From the NCBI GenBank assembly GCA_016748015.1, contig JAAOMT010000523.1, positions 1,284,546 through 1,348,545 on the forward strand: a stretch of DNA of 64,000 nucleotides. The letters run 5' to 3'. Made by a program: the position numbers and the translations under genes. The notes beneath the pieces are model-generated. The model ran no database searches. It worked only from the letters and a program-made list of their open reading frames with translations, and had not been told where the DNA came from. Positions 9,848 through 18,095 of this stretch are shown one piece after another (positions within the stretch are counted from its first letter, which is position 1; each line of letters begins with the position of its first letter). The stretch is from Geosiphon pyriformis uo1. Its lineage: Eukaryota; Fungi; Glomeromycota.

Positions 9848-11233
9848 TTAAGTGTTCAAGTTTGGTTGTTGTTCTATTATAATTATTGGTTTTAAATTTT
9901 GGGGAATATCTTCAGAATTAATTAAAGGAGAATGTGTACCAATTTGTGGAATTAATGGTTCAGGATTGTTTCTGGAATGATAGTGTTTCAGTCTGTCTCC
10001 ATGTGCAACTTTTGCTAATATTTTGTCATCAAGTCTTAACTTATATGATCTATTACCTAGAATTTCGTGAATATAAAATGGTCCATCCCATTTGTTTTCA
10101 AATTTCCCACTCCATTGTTTTTCAGCCTTAGTTCTGTGTAAGAGAACATTATTTCTAACTTTAAATTCGTTGGTAATAGATGGTAATTTGTTGTCATGTC
10201 TTTCTTTTTGTTGAGCTTGGAAATGTTCAATATGAGCTGCTGCTATTCTTCTTTTTCCTTCCAGTGTACTAAGAAGAGTGTAGGCTCTTCTTTGGAGTGT
10301 CTCTTGAAAGTTTTCTTCATTGATTGGTTGCATTGGGTATGTTTCTACTGTGAAATTAATTGGTAATGTTGCTGTCCTTCCATAAGTAAGATCAAATGAT
10401 GTGTGTTTCGTAGTATCTTGTTTTAGTGTTCTGTATGCTAGTAACACTGATGGAATAAAGATATCCCATTCCTGTTCAAAGTCTGTTGAGACTTTGGCTA
10501 AAGATTCACACAATGTTCTGTTGAAATGTTCTACAAGTCCATTTGTTTGAGAGTGATAAGGTAATGATAGAGGTCTTTTAACATTGAACCGTTCACAAAT
10601 TTTTTGTATCAAGTTGTTCACAAAATGTGTTTCTTGATCAGATAAGAGTTCAAATAGGCATCCATGTCTACAGATAATATCTTCATAGATGAATTTTGCT
10701 ACTGATTTTGCATCTGCTCTTTGGATGACTCTAGCTTCAAGCCATTTGGTAAGATAATCCACTGCAACTACAATATAATGATTTTCTTGGGTTGTGATAG
10801 GTAATGGTCTGACTAAATCAATTCCAACTCTGTCAAAAGGTTGTCCAACTTTGATTGGATTTAAAGGTTCTGTGAGGTGAGTTCCTCTTCTTCTTTGGCA
10901 GTTATCACAAGATTCTACATATTGTCGAATGTCTTTTTGCATGTGAGGCCAAAAATAATGTTCAAGGGTTCTTTGAATTGTTTCCTCTTTTTCCAAGTGT
11001 GCTGAAGACGGATCTGTGTACATGTTGTATAATATTGTTTTTTTTTCATTCTCTTGTACTAATCTGAGTGGCTGGTTTGGTTTTCTGTGATTTTTATAAT
11101 AAATTTTATTCTGGTGTATGAAATATTGTTTTAATTGGTGTTGTAAGTGGTGTTTTTTACTTGGAGACCAGTTTTCTGGCATGGTAAGGGTCTCCAAATA
11201 ATTTTTAAGATTGCTGTAGTTTCTGGAGTCCAT
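9848..11233 (-). CDS. int: Element A integrase, stand-alone 461-aa ORF (zinc finger, DDE core, GPF module, no chromodomain)
   Basis: H...YFWPHM...CDNCQ; VGIDLV, LLSDQETHF, NGLVEHFN; KWDGPFYIHE...SYKL. Open frame but with likely damaging substitutions (first zinc-finger His appears as Tyr). Confidence 0.93.
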   Translation of the reverse strand: MDSRNYSNLKNYLETLTMPENWSPSKKHHLQHQLKQYFIHQNKIYYKNHRKPNQPLRLVQENEKKTILYNMYTDPSSAHLEKEETIQRTLEHYFWPHMQKDIRQYVESCDNCQRRRGTHLTEPLNPIKVGQPFDRVGIDLVRPLPITTQENHYIVVAVDYLTKWLEARVIQRADAKSVAKFIYEDIICRHGCLFELLSDQETHFVNNLIQKICERFNVKRPLSLPYHSQTNGLVEHFNRTLCESLAKVSTDFEQEWDIFIPSVLLAYRTLKQDTTKHTSFDLTYGRTATLPINFTVETYPMQPINEENFQETLQRRAYTLLSTLEGKRRIAAAHIEHFQAQQKERHDNKLPSITNEFKVRNNVLLHRTKAEKQWSGKFENKWDGPFYIHEILGNRSYKLRLDDKILAKVAHGDRLKHYHSRNNPEPLIPQIGTHSPLINSEDIPQNLKPIIIIEQQPNLNT

Positions 11234-11290
11234 TCTTGTTTGGTTATTTTGTTGGTAAGTTGGTAAGTTGTGGTGAAATTGTTGTTGGTA

Positions 11291-12664
11291 TTAATCTTGT
11301 CTCATTTTTGAGAGGCTATCGACATTGGTATGTAGTTTTCCTGGTTTGTGGTGTACAATATATTTGTAGTCTGCTAGGAAGTCATTCCATCAAGACTGTT
11401 TGGCACTCTGTTCAGTTTTCTTTTTATTGAGCCATTTGAAGCCAATGTTGTCCGTTATTATGTCAAATTCTTTTCCATTTTTCAGATATTGTTAAAAATG
11501 TTTAAGAGCCCAAATAACTGCAGCAGCTTCCAATTCAGTTGAGCCATATTTGAGTTCTGTTGGCTTGAGTGTTCTGCTGGCATAGGCAATAACTTGTTCT
11601 TGGCCATTTTCATCTAATTGTGATAAGATGACACCAAATACTATATGTGAGACATCAGTGGCTAATTGGAATCATTTGTTGAAGTCTGGGTAAGCAAGAA
11701 CTGGGGCTGTTGTCAATTTTGTTTTGAGAATTTCAAAAGCTTTTTGTTGTTCTTCAGTCCATTTGTATGGTATGTTTTTGTTGGTAAGATAATTGAGTGG
11801 TTTGGCAATTTCTAAGAATCCTTTTATGAATTTTCGATAGTAAGAGGCTAATCCCACAAATCCTCTTAGTTCTGTAGTATTTCTGGGGGTTTGAAAGTTT
11901 TTAACAGCATTGATTGTTCCTGGATTTGGTTTGATTCCATCTTTACTAACTATGTGTCCAAGAAAGATCAAACTTGTTTTTCCAAAGTGACATTTCTCAA
12001 TATTTAACTTTAATTCTGCTTTCTGTAATCGTTGAAAAACTTCTTGCAGATGAATGAGATGGGCTTCAAAGCTTGGTGAGTATACATCAGTATCATCAAG
12101 ATAAACAACTACTAATTGCCACAAAAGCCCTTCATAGACAACATCCATGAGTTGCTGAAATGTTGCTAGTGCATTGCAGAGTCCAAAAGGCATAACATTA
12201 AACTCATAATTTCCTTCTTGAGTGGTGAATGCTGTTTTGGGTCTATCTTTTGGGTCCAATTCGACTTGCCAGTATCCACTTTTCAGGTCTAAAGTTGAAA
12301 AAAACTTGGCTTTTCCCAGAGCATCTAGCATGTTATTAATTCTTGGAAAAGGGTAGGCATTTCCAATTGTAACACTATTCTGTTGTCTATAATCAACACA
12401 GAATCTAATTTTTTCGTTTTTCTTTTTAACTAAAACTACTAGTGAGGTCCAAGAACTTCTTGATGGTTGAATCAATTCGTTATTGAGCATTCTTTGGATC
12501 TCTTCTCTGATAAATTGGTGGCTGGTAGGTGGCACTCGATAAGCTTGTTGATGTTTTGGTAGAGCATCTCCTGTATGGATCTGATGTTGAACAATGTTTG
12601 TTTTTCCCAAGTCATTGTTGTCTTTTGCAAATATATCTGCAAATTCAGCTATCAATTGTTTCAA
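11291..12664 (-). pseudogene. pol: Element A reverse transcriptase plus RNase H domain
   Basis: IRFCVDYR, FSTLDLKSGYWQ, TAFTT, VMPFGL, VVYLDDT, FLGH, GFVGLASYYRKFI. RNase H continues in frame past 11672 with stops. Confidence 0.95.
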
Positions 12665-13135
12665 TTGTCTTTGTTGTTAAGGTTCTAAGGAATCCATATT
12701 AATTCGAGAGAGTTTTTCTTCCAACAAGTGGTAGTTTTCAGTAGTGGGAATGATATTTGTATTTGGGAGTAGAGTGTGCTTTATAATTTCGATGAATTTA
12801 GAGACAATTTGAGAGTTTTCATCTTGAAAGATATTGCTGTGTATGATTCCAATTTCTAATTTGTTTAATAAAACAATAGGGTAATTATTGGGGTTGTAGA
12901 ATGTAACTCAAAATTTTTTTATTCCTTTGGGAATATAAACATTTGGAATTGATATTTCATGCTTCAAACAGATTTGTTTATTGGATTCAAAGATTTGTTG
13001 TGTAGTGGTGGGTTTTGAGCAAGTGTAAATTTCGTGATGTTTTCCAAAAAGTGAAATGGTAATTGGCTGAGGAAGTTGAAGAATCTGGTGAGATTCATTT
13101 TGTGTATTAAGAACTATGTTTACTGGAACTGTAAA

Positions 13136-13510
13136 TCATCCAGTTGAACCAAAACCTTGAGTTCCTCTTTCACTTTTTCCCAATTGTTCTCTGTTGTTTA
13201 CTGATTGTAAACCCGAAATGTTGATTAAGGGTAAGTAAATTGCTTGAGCAATTTTTTCAGCATGTTCAATTTTGAATGGTTTGTCTGTCTCATTCTGTAA
13301 CATGATGGTAATGTCTCCAGTGTATTCTGTATCTATAACTCCTCCTCTAATATTGATTCTTTTGCTTGCCAATGATGATCTGGAGGCAATTTGAACCATT
13401 GCTTCTGGTGGAATTTTAAGAGCAATTTTTAAATTGATTTTTGTCAAAGACTTTGGTTGGAGAATCAAAGTATCTTTTTCTGGGTATCTCAAGTCATATC
13501 CAGCATCAAT
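13136..13510 (-). pseudogene. dut: Element A dUTPase domain within pol
   Basis: All five trimeric dUTPase motifs: DAGYDL, ASRSSLA, GGVIDTEYTG, KIAQ, RGTQGFGSTG. Confidence 0.95.
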
Positions 13511-13689
13511 TTTGTGTGCTTTTTCTGGTCTGATTCCTTGGCCATGGTTGTCAAAATATTTAAGATGTAGAGGTGGTTGCTTTTCAAGAAGATAGATGGG
13601 AGTGGTTGGTAGTTCTTCTACTTATTCAGATACTCCAAATTCGATTTCATTTTTATCATTCTCATCTGGCAGAGGAATGCTAAGAGCAT

Positions 13690-14290
13690 AACATTCTAAA
13701 CACCATTGGTCATCACAAAGCCTAACACATTCTTCACACAATTAAATGTTCATTTGCTCTAATCGTTGAATTTGAGCTTTTTTGGTCGGATATGTGTGGC
13801 TTGCAATTTGGTGGTAGGTTTCTACTTCATCTTCATAATCAAATCCAGCTAATTCCATAGTGTACTCAATATATTCGGCTTCTTTCATTTGGTGGACATC
13901 TTCTTGAGTGGCTCTATTGATTAATGCCATTGCTAGGTCAAAAATCATTTCAGCATCATAAGAGTAGTGGTAAAGTTTATTGAGAGCACTGTTGTATGCT
14001 GCATCAAATGGTGTCTCTCTTCTGACTTTTTCCGAGATTGATAGAGCATATTGACAGGTTTGATCACATACTCCTCCTCTCATTGCTACATCAATCCAAT
14101 TGCATTCTTCTGGTAGTATTTCTCCACATGTAAGACAAGGTGTGTTGTCCCATTTTCCACTTCTTTTTGGAGATCCAAATCGTTTTCTATGGCATGCTTT
14201 GCAAAAGTAACAGGTACAAGTTTCATATTCCTCTTCTAGAGAAATACATGCTTCCATTGATGAAAGTTTTTTGTTGCAATCTTTGCATTT
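13690..14290 (-). other. Cys-rich domain of pol between protease and dUTPase (putative Zn-binding)
   Basis: CKDC..CKAC..CLTC..CDQTC...CEECVRLCDDQWCLEC, with the same spacing visible in B, C, E and F. Confidence 0.75.
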
Positions 14291-16940
14291 GAGTGGAATA
14301 TAGAGTGGTTGTTTCTGTGGTTCTGGTGTAGAATATCTAACTTTTTTTCATCCCCTTGATTCTTTGAAAATCTCTTGTTCGGTTTCTTCAGCCCAATTGG
14401 ATGTTGATCCAAGAGCCATGTAGGTTTTAGTAAGTGGCATTTCTTTCTCCTCTTCAAATTCAAATACTGGAGCTTTTTCTGATCATTTATTAAAGGTATT
14501 ACAGGTTGCAGGTACTATAGTATATTGTCCTTGGTATGAGATTTTAAGTTCTTAAGTTTCCCAGTTCAGGTTTGCATTGGCCTTGAGAAGCCAATCATTT
14601 CCAACTAGAGCTTGGTATTGGGGTGCATCCATAATAAGAACTTTAACTGAAATGGTGATTCCATCAATTGAAAAAGGGAAATCATCAATTTCTCCTACTG
14701 GAGTCTTCTTCATATCATCAGCTGTGACAATAAATGTTTAAGCTGGTCTGTTTACGTTTTGTTTAAGTTGTTGCATCAGCTGGTAAGTGATAATACTTCT
14801 AGCTGATCCACTATCTAAGATTAAGCAAATGGGTTTTTCTTCTACTGTAGCTTCTGTGTACATGGCAGTAATTGCTTTCTGTTCATTGACTGCTGCATTA
14901 CTAAGCAGAAATGGTGATTCATTTGCCTCAAATTCAAATGGAAATATATCTGACAGATTAGCATTTTGGGCAATTTGAGCTGGGAGAATGGTGTGGTTGG
15001 AAGAGTTTGATCTTGGTGCTGCAATTTCACCTTCAGAAAGTGCAGTTTGTTGAAAATCCGATTCTTCTGGTATTGTAAGATAACTGGGTTGAGTGTGATA
15101 GTAATTGGGTCTTTGCTGGCCCGAATTTCTGGGAACCAACTGGTTATTTGGATTGATTCTGTTGTGGTTATTCTGCAATTGATTCTGGGGTGTGAATTGG
15201 TTATATTGAACCAATTTTCTTGCTAGTACTTGATATTGTTGAGTGAGTGGTGTCTGATATGGCTGAATTGGTAAAGGTTGCTGATATTGTTGCTGCATTG
15301 ATTGTGGAGCTGGTAGATAGTAACTGTTTTGATTTTGTGGTCTTGGTGAATAATAAGTTGGTGGTGGAGATTGGTAATAGGATTGTTGTGGTGAAGAGTA
15401 ATGTTGATTACTCCTGTTTTGTTGGTCTCTTTGTAATTTTCTACAATCTTGTTTCCAGTGTCCTGGAATTCCACAATAATGACAATTTTGAGATTGGTTG
15501 TTGGATGATGATCTAAAATTGTTTTGGTTGTGTTGTTGTGGGGGTTGATATCTTTCTGGTTGTTGTTGCTATTGTTGTTGGTTTGTGAAGTAGCTTTCAA
15601 CTTTTTTTGTGAGTTGGTTTATCTTTTCTTCAGCTGCTGAGCTGGTTTTTCCAATTGCAAGGTTTACAAGCTTGGTGTGATTTACTTCTTTCATTGCCAT
15701 TTCATAACTCTTTGCATGTTTAATAGCAGTTGCTAAGTCTGCTGGAGCATGTGGATGGACTTTTTTAATCAGTTTGTCTTTTAACCCTGTTATAAACTGA
15801 TCCAGAATTTGAGCATCAGAATAGTAGTCATTGGTTTCCAATTGTCGGATTCATCTAAGAAGTTTGTTAAATCTTCTGAGATAGGTTATAACAGATTCAG
15901 ATATTTCTTGTTTGATATTGCAAAAGCGGTTTCTGAGAGTGATAGAGGTATTGTTGTTGGTGAATTGTTATAGAAAAACATTTTTAAATGCTTGCCAGTT
16001 TTCAAATGGTTCTTCTAAATTTTCAAACCATTCTTCTGCTATTCCTTGGAGAAAGTAGGGAATTGCTTTGAGCATTCTTGCTGCAATCCAACCATTTGCA
16101 TCTCCTGCTTTTTGAACTTTGTCCAGCCATTCTTGGGGACTGGTATCATTGTTTTCACCAGTGAATTCTGGGATTTTTGCAATGTAAGCAGTTGCCATTT
16201 CTTCTTCATTTTCTGGAATTTCTTCTGGTTCTGATTCAGTTTCTTTACTTTCTAAGCTTTCTGAGTGATTACTTTCGTTTTCCTGTAAGTAATCAATGAT
16301 GTTGGCACTTGTTGATATTGGTTCTTACTGTTGAGTAGGATTTCTAGGTGACTGAAAATCTTCTGGTCTGGAGAAATGGCTAAGTAGTGAACTTGGTGTT
16401 TGTGGTTAAACAAGTGAAATTGGAAATGGTGTAATAGAAAGTGGTAATTTGACACTGGTTTCTTGTTTAGGTGTTTGCAAGTGTTTGGCAGTTGTCTTTT
16501 GTAGTGTTAGAGTGTTTGGAGTGGTTCTTGAGTATTGCTTCAATCTTTGTTTGCCTTTATTGCTTGTTTTTGTCTCTAATTCAAACTCAAAAGAGTATTT
16601 ACACTGTACTGGGTATTTTTCTTCACAATACTTAATAATATTAAAATTAAGTTCTTGGAAGTAGATAGCAAGTGTTTCACTGTTCAGGTCTTCTGTTCCC
16701 AAATGTGAATAATGCACTAAATTATTGTAGAGGTTGCTTCTAACTTCTGAAATGTTGTAGTTTCCAAAAAGATAATTGTTGATGCAGTTTTTAATGTATT
16801 GGTATACTGATTTCTTTACAATTTCAATTCCGTCTGAAATGTTGAATCTTTGCTTGCAGTGGGTGTAAATTAACTGGTAATACTCTAGAGTTGCTGTGTT
16901 TGGTATGGTCGCCACTTTGAATTTGTTGTTGCTGTGTTAT

Positions 16941-16958
16941 TTCCATGGGAGAGCACCA
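16941..16958 (-). promoter_or_regulatory. Primer-binding site of element A (TGGTGCTCTCCCATGGAA)
   Basis: Starts TGG 2 nt after the 5' LTR end. Confidence 0.85.
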
Positions 16959-16960
16959 AA

Positions 16961-17964
16961 TGTTACCAGAGGTTTTTGGTCTCTTTTCTTAAATATTGGT
17001 AATGTTAATTTGCTGTGAATTCACGTTTTCAGGAAGTAGTTGAACCTCCAATAACTGAATTTATCTTCAAATTATCTCCTATAATTTGAACTGGTGGGCT
17101 TATAAGTGGAATGGCCAATTCCTTGCCAGTTACTTTATGTAGTTACGTTGTAGTAAATGTCAACTCTTTCCTAGGAATTGCTCGTCTGGAAGCTCACTAA
17201 AAATGGGTAGTTACTTTGCTGTAAAAGTCAACTCTTCTACAGAAATCTTGTCTGTAGGCTACCCTAATGATTGTAATAAGAAAAGAAAAGGAAAATAAAA
17301 GAAATGTAAAAGAAATAAAATTTTGTCAAAAGAAACGTTTTCTATCCAGGCCTGGAGTCACTAACAGTTTACTGAAATTGGTAGCTAATCAATTTCGAAA
17401 TGTTAGTTGGATTTTGGGGATTTTCCAAGTACAATAATTAAAGAATTTGGTTTTTTCGAATTATTTGATATTTATTTCTTTTTGTGTGTATAGGAACGGT
17501 TTTAAGAGATAAATCTAAAGTAAGATACATTTTCCAGAAGAAAAAAGCTCTTCTTTTATACAACTTGTTGTAGTACTAGTTTATGAACTTGCACTTTTTT
17601 CTCTTTGCCCAAATTCCGGCAAACTAAAGATACATTTTGATGAACTACAAGTTATTTCGCTGAACTATTGATTAATNNNNNNNNNNNNNNNNNNNNNNNN
17701 NNNNNNNNNNNNNNNNNNNNNNNNNNNTTCGGCGAATTTCTGTAAATTTCGGCAAATTTTTGAATGTTACAAAGTTCAGGGTATTGTGTAATTTGATCAT
17801 CCTACTTTCTGTTATACTAATTAGATTATTTTAATTGAATCGTGATATGTGATAATTGATTAAATAATAAATAATAATTTGAAATGATATTAATATACTA
17901 ATGAATTATAGGAATTATAAGGGTAATTTCATGCTAATTAATAGCTAAAATTTTACTGGTAACA
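16961..17964 (-). repeat. 5' LTR of element A (assembly gap 17677-17727)
   Basis: Near-identical to 8100-9010. Confidence 0.95.
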
Positions 17965-18095
17965 TTGGAAACCAATTTTCTGGCATAGTAAGAGTCTCCA
18001 AATAGTTTTTGATATTGTTGTAATTTCTGAGATCTATTGTTGTTTGGTTATTTTTGTTGATAGGTTGGTAAGTTGTGGTAGTGTTGTTGTTGGTA

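Larger units (their letters stand above)
11291..16915 (-). pseudogene. gag-pol: Element A gag-pol: single frame Gag-PR-Cys-rich-dUTPase-spacer-RT-RNase H, broken by about 17 in-frame stops and no frameshift
   Basis: ORF pieces starting at 16915, 16198, 15841, 15298, 14257, 13492 and 12664 share one frame. Zinc knuckle CHYCGIPGHWKQDC (about 15443-15484), protease LILDSGS (about 14805-14825), RT YLDD, RNase H LATDVS..ELEA..ITDN..VDSLSK. Confidence 0.93.
8100..17964 (-). mobile_element. Element A: youngest full-length Ty3/gypsy element (L1 LTRs, about 9.9 kb), inserted in the integrase of same-family element B
   Basis: LTRs 8100-9010 and 16961-17964 differ at about 12 positions. Perfect TSD TTGG (8096-8099, 17965-17968), PBS, PPT and full domain set. 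Confidence 0.96.
6044..18037 (-). pseudogene. int: Element B integrase ORF, interrupted by solo LTR 6972-7710 and element A 8100-17964
   Basis: Segments 6044-6971, 7715-8099 and 17969-18037 align with A integrase (e.g. YVESCNSCQ, FDRVGINLV). Confidence 0.85.

Noticed and set aside
9848-10000. Chromodomain at the integrase C-terminus
   Set aside because: No aromatic-cage or Y.VKW.G pattern is present.
15247-15516. Antisense ORF repeated at 23002-23340
   Set aside because: Shadow of the Gln/Asn/Pro-rich gag region, whose CAA-rich codons give stop-poor reverse frames.
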